A stretch of 32,000 nucleotides of DNA, taken from assembly GCA_963676105.1 (NCBI GenBank), contig OY781039.1, positions 690,001 through 722,000 of the forward strand. Direction: 5' to 3'. The position numbers and the translations under genes are program-made. The notes under the pieces were generated by a model. That model did no database searches. It was not told the DNA's origin and saw only the letters and a program-made list of their open reading frames with translations. The stretch comes from Erysipelotrichaceae bacterium (lineage in GTDB: Bacteria > Bacillota_I > Bacilli_A > Erysipelotrichales > Erysipelotrichaceae). How positions within the stretch are numbered: position 1 is the first letter of the stretch; the number at the start of each line of letters is the position of its first letter. This document shows, piece after piece, positions 22,880 to 31,121 of this stretch.

Positions 22880-25410
22880 TATTTTGCCTCGTACCAGTTA
22901 TTTCCAACTTCAACAGATACTTTTAAAGGCACTTCAAGTTTGACTGCATTTTCCATTGAATCAACGACAAGTTTCTTTAAAGCTTCAAGTTCATTTTTTG
23001 GACAATCAAAGACCAATTCATCGTGGACTTGTACAATCATCTTTGCTTTAAATTTTTGATCAATGAGTTTTTGATGAATATCAATCATCGCAAGCTTCAT
23101 AATATCTGCAGCCGTTCCTTGAATCGGTGCATTCATTGAAGCCCGCTTTGCGAATTCTCTTACTTGATAAGACTTATTATGAATTTCAGGAATTTCACGT
23201 CGTCTTCTAAAAAGTGTTTCAACATAAGCATTTTCTTCACAAAAGGCAATCGTATCGTTCATGTAGGATGAGATTCCACTGTAAGTACTTAAATATTTTT
23301 CAATAAAAGCTTTCGCAGTTTTACGATCAGATCCAATTTGTTGCGCCAAACCAAAATCAGATATGCCATAGATAATCCCAAAGTTAACCGCTTTTGCGCT
23401 ACGTCTTGCGTTTGAATCCACTTCGTCCTTACTTAAACCAAAGACATCCATCGCCGTTTTAGTATGTATATCTAAACCGCTTGTAAATGCTTCAATTAAA
23501 GCTTTTTCACTCGCCATATGCGCTAAAACTCTTAGTTCAATTTGAGAGTAATCACAAGCGAGTAAAACATTTCCTTCATGAGGAATAAAGGCTTTACGTA
23601 TGGCACGTGATTCTTCATCACGAACGGATATATTTTGTAGGTTAGGATCACTTGAAGAAAGCCGTCCTGTTTGAGCCGTGGTTAAGTTATAAGCTGTATG
23701 AATCTTTGAATCCGCTTGGATATATTTACTTAATCCAATCGCATAAGTCGAATAAAGTTTTTGATACTTTCGATAGTCCATCAGTTCAGCAATAATGGGA
23801 TGTTGATCAATTAAACTTTCTAAGACATCAACAGATGTTGAACGTTTACGATTAGCTGGTAAGCCTAAATGATCAAATAAAACTTCTGATAATTGTTTAG
23901 GTGAATTAATGTTGAAACTCATCCCTGCATGTTCTGTAATGGATTCAGTTAATCTATTGATTTTAATTAAAGTAGAATCCGCAATGTCATTTAGAATTGA
24001 GGCATCCACTAAGAAGCCCTCTTTTTCCATTTGATATAAAACCTCAATCATTGGATAATCAATCTTTTTATAAACATCTAAAATATCTTTTTCGTCTAAA
24101 GATTTTAACAAGTTATCACTTGTTTGATGAAGAGCTAAGGCTAACTCACGAACTAAATTTTGATTCGCTTCATCATTTTTTGCGATTGCTGCACTTGGCC
24201 AATTAAAAGCCTCAGCCATTTTCGCATAATTATTTAAACTCGAATCTTCAATAAATGCACATAAAGCGACATCAATAAAATTTTGATTAAATTGAAGTTT
24301 CTCTGTTTGTGCATGAAATAAAGCTTTCACATCTAAACTGATGATATCTTCTGTTGTTTTTAAGTACTTTAATAAATCATCATTATTTTCTATTTCTTCT
24401 AGTTCAAAATAAGCAGACTCTTTTCCATCGCTCATGCCTAGTCCAAATAAAGGATGTGGCCAATCACTATCTAAGCGATAATGACCAACAATGGATAATG
24501 GTTTTGATGTATCAAAGTCTTTAAAGGAAACTGATTCAGATAATTCCAGTTTAGGTGCATCAAGTTCTTTTATCATTGACTTCATTTCATATTTTTCAAA
24601 GAACTCATTGGCTTTGTCTTGAGTTGGATTAAAGAGTGCATCCTCTAACTTTACCGCAATATCCCCGTCTGTCTTAATTGTCGCCAACCACTTAGAGAAG
24701 GTCGCCTTTTCATGTAAAGTTGAGACGGTTTCTTTAAGTTTCCCCTTTAATTCATCAACGTGTTCAATAACACCTTCAACACTGTCATAAGCCGCTAAAA
24801 GTTTTAAAGCCGTTTTTTCACCAACACCAGGTAAGCCTGGAATATTATCAGAAGCATCGCCCATCAAACCTTTTAAATCACAGATTTGCTCAGGTCTAAG
24901 CCCCATAGACGTCATTAAAGCAGCTTCATCCATCTCTTCAATTTGAGAGATCCCTTTTTTGGTTAGCCAAACAGACGTGGTTTTATCAATTAACTGTAAT
25001 AAATCTTTATCAGAAGATAAGACATTAATATCCCAGTCAGGATAACGCTTGACTAATGAACCGATAATATCATCCGCTTCTAAACCATCTTGTTGGTAGT
25101 AACAATACCCCGCACTCTCACAATATTCTCTTACTAAAGGAAATTGTGATATTAACTCTTCAGGTAGTGCTTTACGTGTCCCCTTATACTCATCATAAGC
25201 TTCATGTCTAAAGGTCTTTTTACCACTATCAAAGGCAATGACCATCGCCTGAGGTTTGATTAAATCTAAAGCTTTATTGAGCATATTCGCAAAGCCATAT
25301 ACCGCATTAGTTGCTTGACCAAAAGAAGTCGTTGTCATACGCGTATAAGCCGTCGCATAATAAGCTCTAAAGAAGAGTGAATTTCCATCCACTAATAACA
25401 TTTTTTTCAT
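22879..25410 (-). CDS. polA: DNA polymerase I
   Basis: 843 aa with a 5'-nuclease domain (GDASDNIPGLPGVGEKTA), motif A DYSQIELRVLAH, motif B RRSAKAVNFGIIYG and motif C QVHDELVF. Confidence 0.95.
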   Translation of the reverse strand: MKKMLLVDGNSLFFRAYYATAYTRMTTTSFGQATNAVYGFANMLNKALDLIKPQAMVIAFDSGKKTFRHEAYDEYKGTRKALPEELISQFPLVREYCESAGYCYYQQDGLEADDIIGSLVKRYPDWDINVLSSDKDLLQLIDKTTSVWLTKKGISQIEEMDEAALMTSMGLRPEQICDLKGLMGDASDNIPGLPGVGEKTALKLLAAYDSVEGVIEHVDELKGKLKETVSTLHEKATFSKWLATIKTDGDIAVKLEDALFNPTQDKANEFFEKYEMKSMIKELDAPKLELSESVSFKDFDTSKPLSIVGHYRLDSDWPHPLFGLGMSDGKESAYFELEEIENNDDLLKYLKTTEDIISLDVKALFHAQTEKLQFNQNFIDVALCAFIEDSSLNNYAKMAEAFNWPSAAIAKNDEANQNLVRELALALHQTSDNLLKSLDEKDILDVYKKIDYPMIEVLYQMEKEGFLVDASILNDIADSTLIKINRLTESITEHAGMSFNINSPKQLSEVLFDHLGLPANRKRSTSVDVLESLIDQHPIIAELMDYRKYQKLYSTYAIGLSKYIQADSKIHTAYNLTTAQTGRLSSSDPNLQNISVRDEESRAIRKAFIPHEGNVLLACDYSQIELRVLAHMASEKALIEAFTSGLDIHTKTAMDVFGLSKDEVDSNARRSAKAVNFGIIYGISDFGLAQQIGSDRKTAKAFIEKYLSTYSGISSYMNDTIAFCEENAYVETLFRRRREIPEIHNKSYQVREFAKRASMNAPIQGTAADIMKLAMIDIHQKLIDQKFKAKMIVQVHDELVFDCPKNELEALKKLVVDSMENAVKLEVPLKVSVEVGNNWYEAK

Positions 25411-25428
25411 AGTAATCCTCGCTCATCT

Positions 25429-25437
25429 ATTTTAACA
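25429..25437 (-). promoter_or_regulatory. Extended -10 promoter (TGTTAAAAT) for polA-mutM-coaE-dnaB-dnaI
   Basis: Minus strand attaTGtTAAAATagatgagcgAGGAttactATG, directly after the upstream terminator. Confidence 0.45.
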
Positions 25438-25446
25438 TAATGACCT

Positions 25447-25469
25447 AAAGAAAAAGCCCAATGGGCTTT
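25447..25469 (-). terminator. Rho-independent terminator overlapping the stop of the 25468-26457 gene
   Basis: Minus strand AAAGCCC-ATT-GGGCTTT (7-bp stem) followed by TTCTTT. The last two bases of the TAA stop (25470-25468) open the 5' arm of the stem. Confidence 0.6.
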
Positions 25470-26457
25470 ATTCTGTCGTTGTTGTTTCTTCGTCTGCATA
25501 AGCTATTGGCAACATACCTTCTAAGGCATCTAAGTTCTCCCACATCAAGGTAATGTAGTTTTTATTGTTTTCTATATTGGCATCCGTTAAGAAGGCAATG
25601 TTGTGCATCTCAACTGATTGCAGATTTAAATCATCTTTAACTCGTTGATAAAGTTCTTCCATATCTTCTGTTAGATTTGGTTCATGAACAATGTATTGAA
25701 CGCCATCTGCTTGAATACGTGCTTCAATTAAAGCCAATTGATCCTCAGTTGGTAAAACACCATAACGAGAAAGAATTAAAGGATAAACATTGATTCCAAA
25801 GGATTTTTGCCAATTCCCAAAACTTGGTGTGACAGAAACAAAGGCTGTTTCTTGATTCCATAATTCTTGATAATCAGCATCCATACGGGCTAATTCTAAA
25901 GCTAAAGCTTCATAATTTGTCTCAAAGGTCGCCTTTTCTTCAGGATAATAGGTAACTAACCAATCCCTAATACTACCTGCGACTGAAATCATGGTAATTG
26001 GATCTAACCATAGATAAGGATCATTTTGATACATATCAATATGATCAAAAACAGCGCCTTCATAATAAGCAGATTCTAAGGTTACACGTGTATTAGAAAT
26101 ATAATTGGTGTCATAGCGTTGGAAAGCGTAAACAGAAGCCGATGAACTTAAGTCAACCATAGCAACACCTTCATTTTGTAGAACCTCATTATAAACAGAA
26201 AGATAAGGTTCTAGATTACCAAAAACAAAGAGAACATCTAAGCTTTCAAGTAAAGTTTCATAATCACTCGCAATTTGTGCACGGGTTATCGTTTTACCTT
26301 CACTTAGTTGAGTAACAGTGACTTTATTTTGGGCAATTCTTTCAACTAAATATTGAACTGGATAAACAGTTACACCAATATTTGGCTGGGATAATTTACA
26401 TGCACTTAAACTGAGTGTAAGTACTGTAATAAGAAGTAATTTAAATAAGGTTTTCAT
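25468..26457 (-). CDS. Lipoprotein with a ZnuA/TroA-like (cluster A-I) metal-binding-protein fold that lacks the canonical His ligands. Orphan: no ABC partners adjacent
   Basis: I chose the start at ATG 26457 (MKTLFKLLLITVLTLSLSAC, lipobox LSAC). Family-like motifs are NDPYLWLDP (canonical DPHxWL), FVSVTPSFGNW (canonical F.vfHdAf.Y) and VQYIVHEPN. Confidence 0.6.
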   Translation of the reverse strand: MKTLFKLLLITVLTLSLSACKLSQPNIGVTVYPVQYLVERIAQNKVTVTQLSEGKTITRAQIASDYETLLESLDVLFVFGNLEPYLSVYNEVLQNEGVAMVDLSSSASVYAFQRYDTNYISNTRVTLESAYYEGAVFDHIDMYQNDPYLWLDPITMISVAGSIRDWLVTYYPEEKATFETNYEALALELARMDADYQELWNQETAFVSVTPSFGNWQKSFGINVYPLILSRYGVLPTEDQLALIEARIQADGVQYIVHEPNLTEDMEELYQRVKDDLNLQSVEMHNIAFLTDANIENNKNYITLMWENLDALEGMLPIAYADEETTTTE

Positions 26458-26466
26458 GTCTAAAAT

Positions 26467-26475
26467 ATTATAGCA
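26467..26475 (-). promoter_or_regulatory. Extended -10 box TGCTATAAT located 9 nt upstream of the ATG at 26457 (candidate near-leaderless promoter)
   Basis: Minus strand gcttgTGcTATAATattttagacATG within the 27-nt gap after mreD. No SD is present. Confidence 0.4.
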
Positions 26476-26484
26476 CAAGCATGC

Positions 26485-27045
26485 TTAAGCCTTTCTACGA
26501 TGACGTGATAAAGTTGATTCTTCTTTAGTACGTGCTTTGATATTTGAATCTAAGATATTCAAACGTATTCGATTGAAATAGATGACGAGTAAACTTAGAG
26601 GAATATGCATCAATATTGTTAAAAATGCACGATAGATAAACCATGTACTTGGATAAAGATTTGTTAAACCCGCAAAACTGAGTAAAGAATATTGTATAAG
26701 TTCTTTTAAGAAGACCACAATAATTGATAAAATCATGAGTTCTAAATTGGACTCATTAACTTGATTTGACCAAAGTCGTGCTAAAACTAATGTAATACTA
26801 AAACTTAAGGCCGATAAAAAGAAATATCCATAACGAACAAAGTCTAAGGCTAATCCTACACTAAAGGCATAAATTAAAACAGTTAAGAAGTCTTCTTTTC
26901 GAATCGTCAACATTAAAGCGATTAAGCCAGTATTAAAAACGACAAACAACCGTCGATATTCAAAATCAACTGGGAAAATACTTTGTAAAATTAAATCAAA
27001 GATAAAGGCTAATAAGATAAACGCAATATTAATCAAACTATTCAT
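26485..27045 (-). CDS. mreD: Rod shape-determining protein MreD (probable)
   Basis: 186-aa polytopic membrane ORF that overlaps the mreC 3' end by 8 nt. Size and position are canonical for mreD, but no diagnostic motif was checked. Confidence 0.6.
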   Translation of the reverse strand: MNSLINIAFILLAFIFDLILQSIFPVDFEYRRLFVVFNTGLIALMLTIRKEDFLTVLIYAFSVGLALDFVRYGYFFLSALSFSITLVLARLWSNQVNESNLELMILSIIVVFLKELIQYSLLSFAGLTNLYPSTWFIYRAFLTILMHIPLSLLVIYFNRIRLNILDSNIKARTKEESTLSRHRRKA

Positions 27046-27880
27046 AGCGTTTTACCACAGCCACATAGTCAATATTATAAAAATCAACGGATGGATCAAC
27101 TTCAATACGTAAACCAATCGCATTACTTAAAGATTCAACACTTGAAACCTCACCTACAATTAAACCCGAAGGAAATGCACCACCAATTCCTGAAGTAATA
27201 ACGCTCATGCCTTCAGTAATCGATGATTGGGTATCTAAAAGGGTTAAGATATAAGCTTGCGCATTTGGATCATATCGCTCTAAAATGGCTTCAGCCGTTT
27301 TCGCCGCATCAATTTGAATCTTAAGTGATACTTTATTTAAACTTGTTTCTGTTGTTAATAGTAGAACCGTTGATTCATTTTCAGTCACATCAACTACTTT
27401 ACCAATTAAACCACGTGATGAAATAACCGCATCATTGAGTTCTACCCCATCACTTGATCCAACATTAATGTTTAAACTATGGTTAAAACTATCCATAGAT
27501 CGTGAAGCAATTTTTGCGGATATTAAATCATATTGTGAATAGGTACTCTCTAGATCGACTAAATCTTTTAAGTCTTCAATTTCACGATACGTCTCTTCTA
27601 GTTTGGCTTGGTATAAAGCTAATAGTTCTAATTCTTTGCGATAAGCTTCATTTTCTTCTTGGACATGCCAAAAGGATGCGATTCTTTCACTCACATCCGA
27701 AAGACTTGATAATGGCATTTGAAACAAAGCTGAATTGACCAGAGAAAAAAAACGATAACCAGGATCTGTTAAATTCACCGATGGCGCAGATACCTGTAAG
27801 GTATTTAAAATTAAGATTAAACTCACAACAATTCCCGCAAGCCATGCGAAAAACTGTTGGATTGGGCTCATATTTTTCAT
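27038..27880 (-). CDS. mreC: Rod shape-determining protein MreC
   Basis: 280 aa with an N-terminal TM and a coiled coil (EENEAYRKELELLALYQAKLEETYREIEDLKDL). This is followed by the MreC beta-domain pattern SAKIASRS...LNINVGSSDGVELNDAVISSRGLIGKVVDVTENESTVLLLT. Confidence 0.85.
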   Translation of the reverse strand: MKNMSPIQQFFAWLAGIVVSLILILNTLQVSAPSVNLTDPGYRFFSLVNSALFQMPLSSLSDVSERIASFWHVQEENEAYRKELELLALYQAKLEETYREIEDLKDLVDLESTYSQYDLISAKIASRSMDSFNHSLNINVGSSDGVELNDAVISSRGLIGKVVDVTENESTVLLLTTETSLNKVSLKIQIDAAKTAEAILERYDPNAQAYILTLLDTQSSITEGMSVITSGIGGAFPSGLIVGEVSSVESLSNAIGLRIEVDPSVDFYNIDYVAVVKRYE

Positions 27881-27896
27881 GCCCTTCTATTATAGC

Positions 27897-28580
27897 CTAT
27901 TCTTTTAAATTAGATATCATAGAACGAAGTGAAGTATAACCATTTTTTGAAATAATAATATGATCTAATAGTGGAATACCCATAGTTGATCCTGCTTCTT
28001 CTAAGACTTCAGTCACTCTTAAATCATTTTGCGAGGGTGAAGTATCACCACTGGGATGATTATGAACCACAATAATACGCGCTGCTGATACCGCACAAGC
28101 ATGTTTGTATATTTCACGCGGATGTACAATCGAGCGATCTAAACCACCTGTAAATAAAACACGATGGCCAATGACATGATTCTTTGTATTTAAAAAGGCC
28201 ACGAAAAAATTCTCTTGGTCGAGTGCACCAATTTCTTGTCTTAACCAAACTATTAAGCGTTGGGGCTGATCGACCACATCCACTTTCATACTTTGTGCTT
28301 TAGCCATACGTCGAGATAATTCCCCAATCGCACATAACTCACTCGCCTTTGCTTGTTTAATTCCAGGTATTTTAATTAAATGTTCATAACTTAAGCGAGA
28401 GAGGCCTAATAAATCTTTAGATTCATCTAATAAAGTCTGTGCTAAATCTAAAACGGGTAACTGTTTTGTACCTGTTTTTAAAACTAAAGCAATCAGTTCT
28501 GTATCACTTAAACTTTGTACGCCATAACGAATGAGTTTTTCGCGTGGTAATTCTGGGGTAAAGACGGAAAAAGAGGTCAT
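27897..28580 (-). CDS. radC: RadC-family JAB/MPN-domain protein
   Basis: 227 aa with an N-terminal HhH-like region and the JAMM motif VVHNHPSGDTSPSQND. Located next to mreC, as in Bacillus. Confidence 0.88.
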   Translation of the reverse strand: MTSFSVFTPELPREKLIRYGVQSLSDTELIALVLKTGTKQLPVLDLAQTLLDESKDLLGLSRLSYEHLIKIPGIKQAKASELCAIGELSRRMAKAQSMKVDVVDQPQRLIVWLRQEIGALDQENFFVAFLNTKNHVIGHRVLFTGGLDRSIVHPREIYKHACAVSAARIIVVHNHPSGDTSPSQNDLRVTEVLEEAGSTMGIPLLDHIIISKNGYTSLRSMISNLKE

Positions 28581-28583
28581 GCC

Positions 28584-28709
28584 TCAATTTCCCCAAGTGA
28601 GTTCAACACCTGGAATTGAAACACGCCCTCTACCACTAGTTAAAACTTTGTAGATGGCCGCAACGCCTGCAGCAATTGCGACATAAACAAGAATCGTAGA
28701 TGTTGCCAT
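28584..28709 (-). CDS. Small hydrophobic protein (41 aa) absent from the ORF track; family unknown
   Basis: Hand translation gives MATSTILVYVAIAAGVAAIYKVLTSGRGRVSIPGVELTWGN. A perfect AGGAGG (28722-28717) lies 7 nt upstream of the ATG. The TGA stop is 3 nt before the radC ATG. Local GC is higher than in flanking intergenic DNA. Confidence 0.5.
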   Translation of the reverse strand: MATSTILVYVAIAAGVAAIYKVLTSGRGRVSIPGVELTWGN

Positions 28710-28746
28710 AAGATGACCTCCTACTATTCTTATTTGTTTTAAATGT

Positions 28747-28929
28747 TTATTCTCCTAAAATTTTCTTTAAAAGATTTATATTTTTTTCAATTTCTAAAAC
28801 AGCATTTTTAAGTTGTTCCTCATTGATTGGTTCATGTTCCCACTGAACACTTTCCATAGTTTGGCCACTCTCAATAGAAATCTTATGAATCAAATTTTCA
28901 ATCTCACTGCGTTTTGTTTCTAATTTCAT
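28747..28929 (-). CDS. Small acidic helical protein (60 aa), unknown function
   Basis: I chose the start at ATG 28929 (MKLETKRSEIENLIHKISIE...). The longer ORF-track version begins at a TTG and would overlap the divergent transporter start. No SD is recognisable, so support is weak. Confidence 0.35.
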   Translation of the reverse strand: MKLETKRSEIENLIHKISIESGQTMESVQWEHEPINEEQLKNAVLEIEKNINLLKKILGE

Positions 28930-28972
28930 ATACGACAAGTGTATACTAAATTTAGTAAATAAGGATAAAATT

Positions 28973-30259
28973 ATGGAATCTATTCTAAGCAAAAAAGAGA
29001 AATGGGCTTTTGGGTTAGCAGGATTAGGACAAAATATGGTCTATAATTTCGCGACTGCATACATTATGGTTTTCTACACAGATGTGGTAAAACTCTTACC
29101 TTATGCGGTTGGGACGATGATGTTGGTGGCGCGAATCTTTGATGCGATCAATGATCCTTTAATGGGATATTTTGTTGATAAGCGAAAAAGTGGAAATGAA
29201 AAACTTCTACCCTTTTTAAGAGCCATCCCTATACCGATGTTTATCGCAACCATGATGTTATTTTTAATTCCTTTTGAAAGCATGACTGCACGACTTGTGT
29301 ATGCCTATTTTAGCTTTATCCTTTGGGATCTCGTTTATACTGTATCAGATATTCCATTTTGGGGTTTAACTGTTATGATGACCCCTCAATCAAAAGAGCG
29401 ATTATCACTAATAACCTATGCCCGGGTGCTTGCGAATGTTGGTTTGGCAATATCGATTGTTATACCTCCCCTCATGATTTCATCTTTAGGATCAAATCAT
29501 ACAGCCTATTTAGTTACTGGACTGATTATGGCAGGTATTGGCACCTTATTATTTGCCTTTGTGGGCTATTTCGCGAAAGAACGAGTTCATCCCGATCATA
29601 AAAAACAAAAAGGAAATATTCTTTCCTTACTTAAAAATAAACCTTTAATAATTCTTCAAAGTTCACGTTTACTTTCAGCTTTTAGAATGGTCCTCGCAAC
29701 CTCTGGTTTATACTATGCCAAATATAACTTAGGGGATGAAGCACAATTCTCTATTATGGGTGGCTTACTGATTTCCTCAATGATCTTAGCAATGTTAGTT
29801 ACTTTAAAACTCAGAGAAAAGTACACTAAAAAAGCCCTCTACAATTTTTCCTTAGTATTAGGCTTACTCGCTCATGGATTCTTATTTATCATTGGTGATA
29901 TTTCAGTTATCATCACCTATTCTATCTTATTTATCTCAGGATTATCCTTGGGTTTAGGCGATATTACTTCTTATAATTTAGTGGGTGATACTGTTGAATA
30001 TCACGCGCAACAAACTGGGCAACGACTAGAAGGCATGATCTTTGCGACTCAAACCTTTACCACTAAACTACAATCCGCCTTGGGTTTGTATACCATCGGC
30101 TTAGTTTTACATTACACAGGTTTTGTAGAAAACGCAGTACAAAGTGCCACTGCGGAAGCAGGTATCTTCTCACTTGTTTCACTACTTCCTGCGATTGCCT
30201 GTTTATTAAGTTTAATTCCAATGTTCTGGTTTAAACTAGATGATAATATTCATGTTTAA
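28973..30259 (+). CDS. GPH-family (glycoside-pentoside-hexuronide:cation symporter-like) MFS sugar transporter
   Basis: 428 aa with about 12 TM. The signature RIFDAINDPLMGYFVDKR lies in loop 2-3. AAGGA SD. Confidence 0.78.
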   Translation: MESILSKKEKWAFGLAGLGQNMVYNFATAYIMVFYTDVVKLLPYAVGTMMLVARIFDAINDPLMGYFVDKRKSGNEKLLPFLRAIPIPMFIATMMLFLIPFESMTARLVYAYFSFILWDLVYTVSDIPFWGLTVMMTPQSKERLSLITYARVLANVGLAISIVIPPLMISSLGSNHTAYLVTGLIMAGIGTLLFAFVGYFAKERVHPDHKKQKGNILSLLKNKPLIILQSSRLLSAFRMVLATSGLYYAKYNLGDEAQFSIMGGLLISSMILAMLVTLKLREKYTKKALYNFSLVLGLLAHGFLFIIGDISVIITYSILFISGLSLGLGDITSYNLVGDTVEYHAQQTGQRLEGMIFATQTFTTKLQSALGLYTIGLVLHYTGFVENAVQSATAEAGIFSLVSLLPAIACLLSLIPMFWFKLDDNIHV

Positions 30260-31071
30260 ACTTCTTTATTCTTTTCTAAAATAAGCTGGGCAAATTCAGA
30301 TACTCCAGCTTTTTTTGCGTCTGAGACAACGATATCTGCGACTTCTTTAATAAAGTCAGCTGCGTTATTTACGGCAGCGCTATAGCCTACTTCACTTAAC
30401 ATGATGCGATCATTCACTGAATCACCGATTGCGGCTACAGATGATAAATCGTGATTATGAAGTTTTAAGATTTCCTGAATGCCAGTCAGTTTAGAATGTC
30501 CAAAAGGCATTAAATCCATATAGGAGTCACTAAAACGTTCACAGTAAGCTTGATCTTGGTGTTTTTCAATAAAGGCATCAAAAAGTTCAGGATAATTATT
30601 ATTTTCACGATGTAAACATATTTTAGGAAATGCTTTGGTCGCATGTCTTTTTGTAAAATCCATTGGAGCCACATTAATCTTACAATGCTCTTTTTCATAA
30701 AGAACTGAATGATCTAAATGTGAATAATACAGTGTGCCATCTTGTTCAATTGAAAAATGCAAACCTAGATCAATCGCATCTTGTATATATCGATTAATAT
30801 CTTCCACACTATGATCATATTGGGCAAAAGGTTTATCATCAATAGCACGTTGAACCATGGTTCCATTAGCACCAATTAGATAACCCCCATATTTTTCAAG
30901 CTGAACAGCTTCTGCGACAACCATTAAAGATGAAATTGTTCGTCCTGAAGCTAAAATAAGTTTTACGCCTGATTCTTGTAACTCGATTAAAGACTCTATG
31001 TTTTTAGGGTGTATCCCTACTTCAACATCAAACAAAGTATGGTCGATGTCGGTAACGAAATATTTGTACAT
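30256..31071 (-). CDS. Cof-type HAD-IIB phosphatase
   Basis: 271 aa with motif I VTDIDHTLF, ILASGR and motif IV GDSVNDRIML. Confidence 0.85.
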   Translation of the reverse strand: MYKYFVTDIDHTLFDVEVGIHPKNIESLIELQESGVKLILASGRTISSLMVVAEAVQLEKYGGYLIGANGTMVQRAIDDKPFAQYDHSVEDINRYIQDAIDLGLHFSIEQDGTLYYSHLDHSVLYEKEHCKINVAPMDFTKRHATKAFPKICLHRENNNYPELFDAFIEKHQDQAYCERFSDSYMDLMPFGHSKLTGIQEILKLHNHDLSSVAAIGDSVNDRIMLSEVGYSAAVNNAADFIKEVADIVVSDAKKAGVSEFAQLILEKNKEV

Positions 31072-31080
31072 ACAAGAGAT

Positions 31081-31089
31081 ATTCTAACA
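31081..31089 (-). promoter_or_regulatory. Extended -10 box TGTTAGAAT located 9 nt upstream of the ATG at 31071
   Basis: Minus strand aTGtTAGAATatctcttgtATG, with no SD. Confidence 0.45.
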
Positions 31090-31104
31090 TGATTAAAGCT
31101 AGCA

Positions 31105-31113
31105 TGTTATAAT
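31105..31113 (+). promoter_or_regulatory. Extended -10 box TGTTATAAT located 8 nt upstream of the ATG at 31122
   Basis: Plus strand caTGtTATAATtgtgcggtATG, with no SD. Confidence 0.5.
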
Positions 31114-31121
31114 TGTGCGGT

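Noticed and set aside
26458-26478. TTG-initiated 7-codon extension of the ZnuA-like lipoprotein (MCYNILD)
   Set aside because: It is a non-ATG start with no SD, and the extension itself encodes the TGCTATAAT -10 box. The ATG at 26457 gives a standard lipoprotein signal.
28930-28992. Longer 81-aa version of the small minus-strand ORF, overlapping the transporter start at 28973
   Set aside because: It starts at a TTG and would overlap the divergent gene and its SD. The added residues (LRIDSIILSLFTKFSIHLSY) look like off-frame AT-rich translation. Even the short version is only weakly supported.
3325-30698. Twenty-two ORFs of 60-118 aa in the track lie antisense to, or in alternative reading frames within, long well-supported genes. 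These include 3325-3546, 4057-4353, 4241-4453, 5623-5814, 7509-7802, 8988-9344, 9492-9728, 12004-12204, 12703-12924, 13118-13378 and 14161-14343. The rest are 15443-15643, 16705-16983, 19205-19453, 20542-20736, 20822-21019, 21555-21821, 23997-24206, 27502-27738, 29101-29283, 29323-29601 and 30510-30698.
   Set aside because: All are shadow or alternative-frame ORFs within genes that have clear family motifs. They have low-complexity Ser/Leu/Phe/Ile/Lys-rich compositions typical of off-frame or antisense translation in AT-rich DNA, and no SD or promoter context.
31113-31121. TTG start (MCG...) for the second HAD gene
   Set aside because: The TTG lies within or adjacent to the TATAAT box. The ATG at 31122 places the DxDxT motif at the usual distance from the N-terminus.
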